Of a stretch of DNA of 64,000 nucleotides, positions 9,610-20,402 are shown piece after piece. This stretch comes from Gammaproteobacteria bacterium. Lineage in GTDB: Bacteria > Pseudomonadota > Gammaproteobacteria > Eutrophobiales > Eutrophobiaceae. The translations under genes were made by a program, and so were the position numbers. The stretch spans positions 2,656,001-2,720,000 of the forward strand of contig OZ244905.1 in NCBI GenBank assembly GCA_965221695.1, read 5' to 3'. Numbering within the stretch: the first letter of the stretch is position 1; every line of letters starts with the position of its first letter. The notes beneath the pieces were generated by a model, which worked only from the letters and a program-made list of their open reading frames with translations, was not told where the DNA came from and searched no databases.

Positions 9610-10047
9610 ATGCCGTTAACTGACCTGCACCATGTCGCATTGAGAACAAGAGACCTTGCAGCCAGCGAACAGTTTTACATGGAGGCGCTAGGCATGAAAA
9701 AAGTGAAGCGACCGGATTTTGATTTTCCTGGAGCCTGGTTACAGATGGGGGAGACCATGTTTCATCTCATGGCCGGGTATGCCGCATTAGGTCCGGATGG
9801 CGAGATATCCCGCGGCAGCGGCGCCGTTGATCACCTGGCAATCCAGGCGCGGGGTTTTGATGAAATGCGCGCCCACTTTGAGAGCCTGGGATTAGAACAC
9901 AAGGAAAACGACATACAGGATTTTGGTATCTGGCAACTGTTCGTCAATGACCCGGATGGCGTCATCATTGAATTGAACTTTGCGCGGGCAGATGAGCCGG
10001 CGGGATCTCAGGGGCCGGGACGAGCGACATTGAGCAAGACGACCTGA
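9610..10047 (+). CDS. VOC/glyoxalase family protein
   Basis: 'LHHVALRTRDL..S..FY..LG', 'RPDFDFPGAWL', 'DHLA', 'QLFVNDPDGVIIELN'. Confidence 0.88.
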   Translation: MPLTDLHHVALRTRDLAASEQFYMEALGMKKVKRPDFDFPGAWLQMGETMFHLMAGYAALGPDGEISRGSGAVDHLAIQARGFDEMRAHFESLGLEHKENDIQDFGIWQLFVNDPDGVIIELNFARADEPAGSQGPGRATLSKTT

Positions 10048-10368
10048 TCATGCAGGTTTCAGGGTGACGTAGATATACCCGTCGTCGCCCAATCGGGTTT
10101 CATATTTGTCAAGAGGGATAACACAGGGAGGGTCGACCGGGTCTCCAGTCCGGATGTCGAATGATCCTTCGTGAAAAGGGCAGATTATTTCGTCTCCCCT
10201 GATGTCGCCGTCGGACAGGTACGCCTGGCCGTGGGTACAGATGTCGCTGGTGGCAAAATATTCCCCTTCCAGGTTGTAGATGGCCACCGCTGTGTCATCT
10301 TCCAGGTAGAACTGCTTGACAGAGTTGGTCTCGAACTCGGTATGCTTTATGGTTTTTTCTTCCGCCAT
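10048..10368 (-). CDS. Rieske-type [2Fe-2S] ferredoxin (oxygenase electron carrier)
   Basis: 'D.CTHG...LSDG....I.CPFH.GSFDIRTG'; start at MAEEK. Confidence 0.92.
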   Translation of the reverse strand: MAEEKTIKHTEFETNSVKQFYLEDDTAVAIYNLEGEYFATSDICTHGQAYLSDGDIRGDEIICPFHEGSFDIRTGDPVDPPCVIPLDKYETRLGDDGYIYVTLKPA

Positions 10369-10369
10369 A

Positions 10370-10984
10370 TTAATTCGACGGGTCATAGGTTTCAAAGCGC
10401 AGAGGCGTGGGCCGTTCGCCGTTCACCACTTCCGGCCAGGCGCAGACTGATACCATCCAGGTAAGGTCCATTTCCGCCCGCAGTTCAATATAGTCTCCTG
10501 CCCTGGTAACGGGTTGGTCGATGAGCCACTCTCCCTCGGGTGTATAGTTGACTGTCATGAAGATATTGAAGCAGGAAACGGATTGCAGGTAGTTCGGGTC
10601 GAACCCGAGCTTGCGGTATTCTTCTTGAATGGTGTCCCGGCAACCGTTGCCACCGGTATTGAGGTACAACCGGCGCGCGGCATTGGAACAAAAACCGCCG
10701 CCGGTATAGTGGTTGGCGGTCTTGTCGCTGGTTATTGTCCACATATCATTCATCAGGTTGCTGCGAATAGTGTCGCCTTCCCGCCAATGATAACGGCCAT
10801 GATGCCAGCTCGTGTATACACAATCCTGGAACTCTGCGGGGTCGCCGTATTTGACTGCGACGAAGTCCGCAACCTGTTGTCCCTCAATATCGATAATTCT
10901 CAGTGATTGTCCTTTCCTGATATGTCCGTGGCTGCCCGTGTGCGGCGGAATCGTTGCTGTTTCGATCAGTTTGGCTTTACTCAT
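10370..10984 (-). CDS. DUF1989 (urea carboxylase-associated, CgdA/B-like) protein
   Basis: 'GQ.LRIIDIEGQQVADF', 'C....', 'FNIFM.V', 'GDYIELRAEMDL...VSVC'. Confidence 0.82.
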   Translation of the reverse strand: MSKAKLIETATIPPHTGSHGHIRKGQSLRIIDIEGQQVADFVAVKYGDPAEFQDCVYTSWHHGRYHWREGDTIRSNLMNDMWTITSDKTANHYTGGGFCSNAARRLYLNTGGNGCRDTIQEEYRKLGFDPNYLQSVSCFNIFMTVNYTPEGEWLIDQPVTRAGDYIELRAEMDLTWMVSVCAWPEVVNGERPTPLRFETYDPSN

Positions 10985-11808
10985 TGCTCCTCCAGGTGAA
11001 ATTCCACCACCGCGCCGCCGCTGCCGTAAAGAGGGCCGTAAGCGTGCACTGTGGCGTTACTGAAGCGGCCGCCCATGGCGCCCAGGATAAAGGCGAAGTG
11101 TTTGAATCCCATGTCCACCCGCGCCGCGCCGGCGTAATCGGGACAGGCCTTTGCCAGCGCTTCCGTATCGCCCTGTTCCATCATGGATAGTATCTTCTTG
11201 TTCCATTCATCTTCTGCGGCATCGGCGATTTTGTCTTCGCTGATATCGATGATATGGCGATAGATGGAGCCTGACAGGCCGCCGACGCCGATGACAGCCA
11301 GTTTTCGGCCCAGTTCCGCGGCAGTTTCGGCCGCGACCCGCCCAAGGGATTCGGTCATCTGCCAGTCGTGGTAGACGTTATTGGAAGTGATAGCCAGAGG
11401 TATGACTCCGCCCGGGTTCATGAAATTCGAGGCAACGATGGAGCCGGTGTCCACGGGGAAGTGATCATAGTCAACGCCCTTGGCCTTGATCCCGGCCGCT
11501 GCTGTCTTCTTCAGCGCCAGCTCGGCAAATTCGATATCGATCTTCATGTCGAATGGCAGGTCGCCGTATTCATGCCAGTTCTCGTCTACATGCAGGCCGC
11601 GCAGGACAGGCCGGGTTTGCCATAGCTGGTCGAGCACCGCGATCCACTGGGTGGAATAGATGGCGATCAGGTCCGGCGACGAGGCTACAAGGGCCTTGCC
11701 GGCGGTTTCCATGGCCGTGGCGATATCGCCCCAGGGCGGATTGTCCCGTTGCATGTGAGGAAGCGGGGAACCAGGCACGAGAAATGCGGAGACGACGCTC
11801 ATTGGCAT
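10981..11808 (-). CDS. amnA: 2-aminophenol 1,6-dioxygenase alpha subunit (LigB family)
   Basis: 'VVSAFLVPGSPLP', 'YSTQWIAVLDQLWQTRP', 'HVDENWHEYG', 'VDMGFKH'; adjacent to amnB. Confidence 0.88.
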   Translation of the reverse strand: MPMSVVSAFLVPGSPLPHMQRDNPPWGDIATAMETAGKALVASSPDLIAIYSTQWIAVLDQLWQTRPVLRGLHVDENWHEYGDLPFDMKIDIEFAELALKKTAAAGIKAKGVDYDHFPVDTGSIVASNFMNPGGVIPLAITSNNVYHDWQMTESLGRVAAETAAELGRKLAVIGVGGLSGSIYRHIIDISEDKIADAAEDEWNKKILSMMEQGDTEALAKACPDYAGAARVDMGFKHFAFILGAMGGRFSNATVHAYGPLYGSGGAVVEFHLEEQ

Positions 11809-11809
11809 C

Positions 11810-12736
<927 letters not shown>

Positions 12737-12739
12737 TCA

Positions 12740-13162
12740 TTATTCAGGTTTATAGGCAATGGCCTTTATTTCTATCAATAACTGCGGGTGTGGCAACTGA
12801 TGCACGGCGACCGTGGTACGGGCCGGGCCGTGATAGTCGAACACCTCTGCATAGACTTCATTATAGCCCGCAAAATCATTCATGTTGACAAGAAAAGCCG
12901 TAATTTCAGTGAGGTCTGCCAGTGTTGCGTCAAAGCTGGCCAGGATATCGGCGATGTTATCCAATACCGCCCGGGTTTGCGCCCGGATGTCCAGGTCGTA
13001 TGTGCCCATGTCATCCACAACCCGCGCGCCGATGACGGTGTTGTCGGCCTGTCTTGCGCTGGCGCCGGAGATGAAGATGTAATCTCCGGCGCGCCGGGCA
13101 TGGGGATACTTGCCGCGAGGAGTGGCTTTGCTCTCCAATACTTTTGCTTTGCAGCCGGTCAT
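12740..13162 (-). CDS. amnD: 2-aminomuconate deaminase (RidA family)
   Basis: 'PH.RRAGD.IF.SG', 'LVNMNDF..YN.VYAE', '[21 protein letters not shown]'; adjacent to amnBA. Confidence 0.88.
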   Translation of the reverse strand: MTGCKAKVLESKATPRGKYPHARRAGDYIFISGASARQADNTVIGARVVDDMGTYDLDIRAQTRAVLDNIADILASFDATLADLTEITAFLVNMNDFAGYNEVYAEVFDYHGPARTTVAVHQLPHPQLLIEIKAIAYKPE

Positions 13163-13208
13163 AGTCCGTCTCTGAGTCAAATGGTTGTCAATTCACGCAC
13201 CGGGCGCG

Positions 13209-14474
13209 TCAGTCTCGTCTGAAGTAGCCGCGGGTATGGTCTTTGGTCTGAATGCCGCGCGCATGTTTGCTGGCAAACCGGCGCCACATGGTCAGTTCGA
13301 CATCCGGTTGGAACAGTCGTTCCCGCTGCCAGCCGTCTTCCTCGGCGTAGTACTTATGTAACTGCTCCCTGGCAAAGGCGTCATCCACGGTAAAGCCTTC
13401 CACTGCCGGCACCTCCCACATGATTCTGCCATCCTCACCCAACCAGCGTTCCGCTTCCTCTTCATCGTCGGTATGGATTACGCCGAACTGAAAATAGGTG
13501 TGTGCGTCCTTGTTTTTTGGCGTGTAGAACTCGTAGTGAGTGCACTGGGGCGCGGGGAACGTGGTGACCTTAAGCGAACAAGGCATCCAGAGTCCGACGG
13601 TGCCGAGGCGAATGATATCGGTTAATTGCGCCAGCTCCTCCGGTGACTTGCCTCTTGCGAGAGGCAAAACCAGGTCCTTGCGCCCGCCGTCCCGCAGCGG
13701 TATGGATGCTTCGTGCTTGAATTCCGTTTTCTCCACCTTGCGGGTGAAGCCTTTCGGGCCGTCTTCCCGCTCAACGTAGCGGGTTGTGTCCAGCACCGCT
13801 TCCTTAGTGGAAGTATAACCGTAGGAGGTGTGCATGCCGGCATTGATGCACATCTCGGACCAGTTGTGAATGAACTGGTGGCCGGGGTCGTAACCATTCT
13901 CACAACCCAGCCGCCAGTTGGCATTGATGTCGTAGGGTTCGCCGCAATAGACTACGGCATTATCATCCAGCAGTCCGGGGGCAACATCATAATGCAAGGG
14001 TGGCGGCTCAATATCGCCCACGAAGACGAACACGATGCCTTTGCGTTCCTCAACCGGATACACCTTGGCGCGGCATTTGCCGATCATCTTCGAGTCGGGT
14101 GAACTGAGTATGGTGCGCAGGCTGCCGTCCTCCAGGTCAAAGGTCCAGGTATGATACCAGCAGGTCAATGTCTCCTTCGTATAAAACAGAGGGCGCGCCG
14201 AGAAGCGGATGCCGCGATGAGGGCATCGGTCTTCCAGGGCATAGAGCTTTCCATTCTGGCGAGTGAGCAGGATTTCTTCTCCCAGCAATTCAATCCCTTT
14301 TGCATCGCCCTCACCTAAGTGGCGCGACAACGCCGCCGGATACCAGTAATTGCGAAATCCCCACTCCGCGTCAAGCCATACCTGCCAGGGCTTGCGCGCC
14401 CGCGCCGCTTTCGTCCGGGCTTGTTCCACCTGGTCCTGGGTCTCTTCCAGCAGGGTGCGGGTTATCTCGCTCAT
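13209..14474 (-). CDS. Homotrimeric Rieske oxygenase, CarAa/OxoO (carbazole 1,9a-dioxygenase / 2-oxoquinoline 8-monooxygenase) family
   Basis: 'A.WGFRNYWYP', CPHRG...TLTCWYH, 'NWRL..ENG.DPGH..IH', 'F..DD..ARE', 'ERLF.PD'. Confidence 0.88.
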   Translation of the reverse strand: MSEITRTLLEETQDQVEQARTKAARARKPWQVWLDAEWGFRNYWYPAALSRHLGEGDAKGIELLGEEILLTRQNGKLYALEDRCPHRGIRFSARPLFYTKETLTCWYHTWTFDLEDGSLRTILSSPDSKMIGKCRAKVYPVEERKGIVFVFVGDIEPPPLHYDVAPGLLDDNAVVYCGEPYDINANWRLGCENGYDPGHQFIHNWSEMCINAGMHTSYGYTSTKEAVLDTTRYVEREDGPKGFTRKVEKTEFKHEASIPLRDGGRKDLVLPLARGKSPEELAQLTDIIRLGTVGLWMPCSLKVTTFPAPQCTHYEFYTPKNKDAHTYFQFGVIHTDDEEEAERWLGEDGRIMWEVPAVEGFTVDDAFAREQLHKYYAEEDGWQRERLFQPDVELTMWRRFASKHARGIQTKDHTRGYFRRD

Positions 14475-14528
14475 GTCAGTTTTACAATGATCAGGAATAT
14501 CTCTGATGTAATCCGCGCCGCCAAAAGA

Positions 14529-15395
14529 TCACTTCAGCAGGTACTCGATATGCGCCTTGTTGAACGCTTCCGGTTCTTCCCATTGTGGCCAATGGGCGGA
14601 GTTTTCCAGCACCACCAGTTCACTGTCGGGAATCAGCGCGGCGCCCTGTTCCGCCAGTGGCACAAGCTGTCCCGGGTTGTAACGAGTCCATAATACCAGA
14701 GTGGGGCAGGTCAACTGTTGCAGCAACGCCGGGCTGTACCATTTTTCCTGCTCGACCGGGTCCAGCAACGCGCCGATACTTTGTTCCGCTATCTTTCTTA
14801 TCACCGCGGCGCGGCCTGGTTGCCGGTAGATCCGGTAGCGAACTTCGACGATCTCATCGGTCACGTCCTCGTCGCGGCGCATCAACCAGCGCATGCGCTG
14901 GCGCACTGCTTCCCGGTCCGGCGTGCCGGTGGCTTTGCGGCTGCGCTCCAGCAGATCTCTTAATTCTTCGGCGCCTGCCTCGTCCGGCGGCAGCATCATA
15001 CCGGTATTCATGACGATCTTGTTCACTCGATCCGGATGTTGCAGGGCAAACCAGGAAGCGACCGTTGCGCCCAGCGATTCACCGGATATATGCGCCTTGT
15101 CTGCGCCGATGGCATCAAGGAAATCTTTCATGAAATCCACGTAGCATTGCATATCATAGCTGAGCGCCGGGGCGTCGGTGTAACCGTGACCCACCATGTC
15201 GATGGCATAGACATGAAAGTGTTTTGCATGCGCCTCGATGTTCTTCAGATAGGCCTCCGCGTGGCCGCCGGTGCCGTGCAGCAGTGCCAGGACCGGACCC
15301 TCGCCGGCTTCAATAACGCGTGTCCTGACGTTGCCGGCATTATAATAGCTTTGCTTGAATGCTACTCCCTGCAAGTGATTCCAGATACTTGTCAT
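14529..15395 (-). CDS. Alpha/beta hydrolase, meta-cleavage product hydrolase-like (MhpC/BphD/CarC-like)
   Basis: 'LLHGTGGHAE', nucleophile motif GESLG, 'AHWPQWEEPE.FN'. Confidence 0.85.
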   Translation of the reverse strand: MTSIWNHLQGVAFKQSYYNAGNVRTRVIEAGEGPVLALLHGTGGHAEAYLKNIEAHAKHFHVYAIDMVGHGYTDAPALSYDMQCYVDFMKDFLDAIGADKAHISGESLGATVASWFALQHPDRVNKIVMNTGMMLPPDEAGAEELRDLLERSRKATGTPDREAVRQRMRWLMRRDEDVTDEIVEVRYRIYRQPGRAAVIRKIAEQSIGALLDPVEQEKWYSPALLQQLTCPTLVLWTRYNPGQLVPLAEQGAALIPDSELVVLENSAHWPQWEEPEAFNKAHIEYLLK

Positions 15396-15414
15396 AGTTT
15401 TCTCCTGTGTTGGA

Positions 15415-15440
15415 GGAACTTCTGTCTGACCAGAGCTTCC
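15415..15440. repeat. Degenerate minimal copy of the IS5-like MITE family
   Basis: GGAACTTCTGTCTGACCAGAGCTTCC palindrome. Confidence 0.55.
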
Positions 15441-15473
15441 TCTATCAGTCTGAAACGCAACACGCGTAGCCTG

Positions 15474-16466
<993 letters not shown>

Positions 16467-16540
16467 TCAGCGGATTCCCGTAATTGCGGGAGTGGCATGA
16501 TTTGATCAGCGTTAATCTGCATCATCTGCGGATGATTCTG

Positions 16541-17452
16541 TTACCGTTTATGCAGTTCACCGCCAGACGTCAGTTCAGGGGGCGGCACATGTTCATGGCC
16601 CCAGATCTTCGGGGAGTTGTAAAATTTCGGTTCCCAGTCGGCATCATCGATCAGGCGCGCGCCGTGGCCGTACTCGATCCACCAGCCGGAAGGAGAATAA
16701 ATATAAAACGACATCATATGGTCATTGCTATGCCTGCCCAGGGTCAAGGCCAGCGGCACATTGTGTTCGTGCACGATGTCATAGGCGCGCCCGACGTCAT
16801 TCAAGGACAGGCTCTCGAACATGAAATGGCCCAACTCGCCGGGTTTCATGCCGCCAACCGGGTTCATGAAAGCCAGGCTGTGGTGGCGGGGATTGCAATG
16901 CAGGAAGGTTGCCTGAATATCATCCCAGAAGATATGGTCGCTCAGTCGGAAACCCAGGTGGTCTTCGTACCACTTTACCGAGGCCATGCGGTCGGCCGTC
17001 GCCAGCACCAGGTGCCCCATGCCCAGGTCGCCGGTATTGTAGCCCTCCATGCCGCGCTTGGGCGCAAACGGTTTGAAGTCCTGAACCGGCCCGAAAAAGA
17101 TCTCCAGGGGAATCCCATCAGGGCCTTCCACCACGAACAAGTCCATCACCGCGCGCCGCTCGCGCAACTCGGGGCTACCCGGTTCCACCGCAATGCCTTT
17201 GTCGTCCAATTCGCCAGCCAGCCGGTCCAAGTCACCCTGGAACTCCACCTCCCAGCCGATGTATTTCAATTTGTTGTGGTTCGATTTATGCAAAGCCAGC
17301 CTGTGGTGATTATCATCCATGCGGTATTGCCGGGTTGTTTGCCCGCTGTCAGCGCGCCGTTCCAGTCCGTAAACGGTATCCAACAGCTTGTCCCAGGCGT
17401 TAAAGTCCGTCACCTCACAACCGATATAACCAAGACCCTTGATTTTTGACAT
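16541..17452 (-). CDS. Type I (VOC) extradiol dioxygenase, BphC/2,3-dihydroxybiphenyl 1,2-dioxygenase-like
   Basis: 'LGMGHLVL', 'FLHCNPRHHSLA', 'HFMFE', 'LGRHSNDHMMSFY.YSPSGW.IEYG'. Confidence 0.93.
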   Translation of the reverse strand: MSKIKGLGYIGCEVTDFNAWDKLLDTVYGLERRADSGQTTRQYRMDDNHHRLALHKSNHNKLKYIGWEVEFQGDLDRLAGELDDKGIAVEPGSPELRERRAVMDLFVVEGPDGIPLEIFFGPVQDFKPFAPKRGMEGYNTGDLGMGHLVLATADRMASVKWYEDHLGFRLSDHIFWDDIQATFLHCNPRHHSLAFMNPVGGMKPGELGHFMFESLSLNDVGRAYDIVHEHNVPLALTLGRHSNDHMMSFYIYSPSGWWIEYGHGARLIDDADWEPKFYNSPKIWGHEHVPPPELTSGGELHKR

Positions 17453-17489
17453 GCCGCATCTCCTCCTTTCAGTCAATTCTTGTGGTTAA

Positions 17490-17571
17490 GGAACCCCATA
17501 ATCAGAAGCTCCCACGTTACAGGGATGCGCGCTCTCTGACAAGTCCGGAATGAACTTGTTCAGCGCCTTCC
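17490..17571 (-). mobile_element. Internally deleted IS5-like MITE copy (reverse orientation)
   Basis: taa-GGAACCCC...ACAGGGATG...CTCTGACAAGTCC.GAATGAACTTGTTCAG..CTTCC resembles the reverse complement of 48342-48492. Confidence 0.6.
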
Positions 17572-17578
17572 CAATGTA

Positions 17579-18190
17579 TCAACTATCGGAAAAATGCCGG
17601 TGGATACTCTCAACGGCCGCATTGATGGATCGAGCCCGTTCCTGTTCTCCCCAGGCAAGACCTTCCGCATCGAAATAAACAACATCGCTGATACCGATAA
17701 AAGCAAAAATCACGTTCAGGTAAGGGCGTAGATGATCCATGTCTGTGTCCTTGGACTTGCCGCTGCTTGCCGTGCATATATATACTTTCTTGCCTCCGCA
17801 CAGACCTTCCAGGTTGCCGTTCGCAACCCGGCGAAAGGTCTTGCCTGGCCTGACCACGAAATCTATCCAGGCTTTCAGGCTGGCCGGCACATTGAAATTG
17901 TACATGGGGGCGCCCAACACCAAGGTATCTGCTGACAATAACTCTTCCGTCAGCGTATCCGAAGCAGCCAGCGCAGTGATTTGCGCCGCCGTCCGCTCCG
18001 GCGGCGGCGTAAAAAACGCTTCTGCCTCCGTGTTGTTTACCGGCAGCGGGGCGCTGGCGCCCAAATCGCGGCGAATCAGCCGCAGCGACGGTTCAGCTCT
18101 GATGAGTTGGTCAACCACACCCTGCGACAGCTTGCGGCTGATCGAATCGCCGGCGCGAGCGCTGCAATCGATATGCAATACCGTGCTCAT
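17579..18190 (-). CDS. azoR: FMN-dependent NADH-azoreductase / quinone reductase
   Basis: 'VLHID.S.R..DSISRKLS', 'RRDL', 'APMYNFNVPASLKAWID...RPGKTF'. Confidence 0.9.
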   Translation of the reverse strand: MSTVLHIDCSARAGDSISRKLSQGVVDQLIRAEPSLRLIRRDLGASAPLPVNNTEAEAFFTPPPERTAAQITALAASDTLTEELLSADTLVLGAPMYNFNVPASLKAWIDFVVRPGKTFRRVANGNLEGLCGGKKVYICTASSGKSKDTDMDHLRPYLNVIFAFIGISDVVYFDAEGLAWGEQERARSINAAVESIHRHFSDS

Positions 18191-18211
18191 GGCCTGCAAG
18201 CTATCCTGCTG

Positions 18212-19501
18212 TTATCTCCGGAAATGTCCCCTGGTATGTTTTTCCTCCTGGATGCCGCGGCAATGCTCGCCGGCAAATACCCGCCACATCAGCAGTTCAA
18301 TGTCAAAGCGCGCGGTTTGTTCCTGGTTCCAGCCGTCTTCACTGGCGTAGAACTCATGGATATATTCCCGGGCCTCCGCATCCTGCACGGTAAAGTCATC
18401 GACCACGGGAACTTTCCAGCGCACCTGCCCCAGGTCGCCTTCGGCCCATTCGCTTGCCTGTTCCTGATTTTCCACCCGTCTCCAGCCGCATTGGAAATAG
18501 TAGTGGGAATTGGCATCGCGAGGAACGTAATATTCGTTGTGTACCACACCCGGGAACGGCCACGGATTCACCTTCAGCCCGCAGGGCAGCCATTCGCCGA
18601 CTTCAGTGGTGAACGCGTGCTGGCCCAGGAGCTCTATTTCTTTGGGTGATTGACCTTTGGCGATGGGCAGGATGACATCCGTATCACCAGCGCCGTTGCG
18701 CCCGGGAATTTTTGCGGTCATGGACATATTGGTTTCTGCCGCTAACCGGGTAAATCCCTTGGGCCCGCTCTCCATCAACTCATAAATACTGGTCTCCAGC
18801 ACAGCTTCCTTTTTCGAGACCCAGCCGAAGGTCATGGGTATGCGTGAATTAATGGAAAATTTCGACCAGTTATGAATGTAATGATGGCCCGGGTCATAGC
18901 CGCCTTCGGAACCCAAGCGCCAGTTCGCGTTCACCAAGTAGGGGTCAGCCACGCATATCGCCACATCTTCATCAAAAAAACCGGGGGGCACGTCATGCTC
19001 CAAGGGTGGCGGCGGATTCATATCGCCGACGAAGGTAAAGATCACACCTTTTTCCTCCCGCACCGGGTAACTCTTAATTCCCTTGCGCCCTGCCAGAGAA
19101 GAGTCCGGGTCATTCAACAGGCAGCGGATACGGCCGTCGTCAAGGTTGAAGGTAAAAGCATGATGCCAGCAGGTAATGGTATCGTCCGTGTAACAGACAG
19201 GGCGTTTGGAGAAACGCGTGCCGCGGTGGCTGCAGCGATCCTCTATCGCATACAGACGCCCACCACGGCGCAGGTACAGAATATCCTCTCCCAACAGCTT
19301 GATGGCCTTGTGTTCACCGTTCCTGATATTGCGACTGGCTTCCGTCGGATACCAGTGATTGCGAAAACCCAGTTCCGCCTTGAGCCAATTCTTCCAGGGT
19401 TTTTCTGCTGTGGCAGGGTCGGCCCCCTCAAAATCAAAATCCGGAACATACGCCGCAGTGCGCTTCATCAGGTCCAGCGCGATCTCGTTGAACTTGCTCA
19501 T
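18212..19501 (-). CDS. Homotrimeric Rieske oxygenase, CarAa/OxoO family (paralog of 13209-14474)
   Basis: 'AELGFRNHWYP', CSHRG...TITCWHH, 'NWRL..EGGYDPGHHYIH', 'FTVQDAEARE'. Confidence 0.88.
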   Translation of the reverse strand: MSKFNEIALDLMKRTAAYVPDFDFEGADPATAEKPWKNWLKAELGFRNHWYPTEASRNIRNGEHKAIKLLGEDILYLRRGGRLYAIEDRCSHRGTRFSKRPVCYTDDTITCWHHAFTFNLDDGRIRCLLNDPDSSLAGRKGIKSYPVREEKGVIFTFVGDMNPPPPLEHDVPPGFFDEDVAICVADPYLVNANWRLGSEGGYDPGHHYIHNWSKFSINSRIPMTFGWVSKKEAVLETSIYELMESGPKGFTRLAAETNMSMTAKIPGRNGAGDTDVILPIAKGQSPKEIELLGQHAFTTEVGEWLPCGLKVNPWPFPGVVHNEYYVPRDANSHYYFQCGWRRVENQEQASEWAEGDLGQVRWKVPVVDDFTVQDAEAREYIHEFYASEDGWNQEQTARFDIELLMWRVFAGEHCRGIQEEKHTRGHFRR

Positions 19502-19571
19502 GCCTTAACCCCATCATTTTGTATGAAAGCGAAGTATAACACCTGTGGATAATGAAAGAACCTGACATAAC

Positions 19572-19645
19572 GGGCCGTCTTTCAGGCGACATAGTATTCG
19601 ACTGGACTCCCACTTCCGTGGGAGTAGTGCGGAGGCGGTGTTCAA
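19572..19645. repeat. Partial REP/REPIN-like element
   Basis: GGCGAC..ACTGGACTCCCACTTCCGTGGGAGT matches the 45756-45850 family. Confidence 0.65.
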
Positions 19646-19681
19646 GCAAGCGCTGTCAGGCAATTTTAGATTGAATAACTA

Positions 19682-20122
19682 CTATTTTCCGGCAAGCTCC
19701 GCGGTGAGCCGGGTGAAGAAATCGTTGGCCAGCTTCCTGGTGGTGGAAGCCACCAGTCTGGAGCCTACCTGGGCCAGTTTGCCACCCACGGAAAATTCCG
19801 CCTGGTAGCGAAGCCTGGTGAATTCGACTTCCTGGCTCAACTGAACTTCCGCCCTGCCTTTGCCGAAACCGGCGCCGCTTTTTCCTTCCCCACTCAGTGT
19901 ATAGGAATAGGGCGCATTGATACCGGTTACTGTCAACACGGTTCTGAAACGGGTTTTCACCGGGCCGTACTGTGCGACGATCAGGCATTCAAAGCTGTTT
20001 TCTCCGGTCTCTTCGATACTCTCACAGCCGGCGATACAGAGCTTCAGCATAGCCGGATCATTCAGAGCTTGCCAGGCTTTGTCAATGGCACAGGGCAGCA
20101 GGTGTTCGCCTTCTATAATCAT
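19682..20122 (-). CDS. CoxG-like SRPBCC protein
   Basis: 'W.ALNDP..L..CI.GCE', 'GFGKG.A.V.L', 'VGGKLAQVGSRL'. Confidence 0.88.
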   Translation of the reverse strand: MIIEGEHLLPCAIDKAWQALNDPAMLKLCIAGCESIEETGENSFECLIVAQYGPVKTRFRTVLTVTGINAPYSYTLSGEGKSGAGFGKGRAEVQLSQEVEFTRLRYQAEFSVGGKLAQVGSRLVASTTRKLANDFFTRLTAELAGK

Positions 20123-20241
20123 GTGTCTATCATCATCTGGCGTTTAAACGGCGCCGTAACCAGGTGAAAAATATGTCATTGCCTTGGACTGATCAAATAT
20201 ATTCTGCTTGCTTTTTTTTTTATTATCACTATATTTCGCGT

Positions 20242-20325
20242 ATGGATCTGAATAATTCCCTCTATTCTGCTTCGGCCAGCTTGCTGGCAGTTGCCTCCCT
20301 GCGCCTGCTCCTCCTGCCCTGCTAA
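20242..20325 (+). promoter_or_regulatory. leuA leader peptide (MDLNNSLYSASASLLAVASLRLLLLPC)
   Basis: 27-codon ORF with 9 Leu, including LLLL, 77 nt upstream of leuA; Leu codons 20304-20312 are complementary to the leuA SD region 20391-20399. Confidence 0.8.
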
Positions 20326-20402
20326 GGGCAGATACTCACGACATTCAAGAACTTTTTTCTCATTTTTACAGGCAAAATGTATCCTGATTCAGGAGCAGGA
20401 CT

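Noticed and set aside
16484-17449. 321-aa plus-strand ORF
   Set aside because: Antisense shadow of the extradiol dioxygenase gene.
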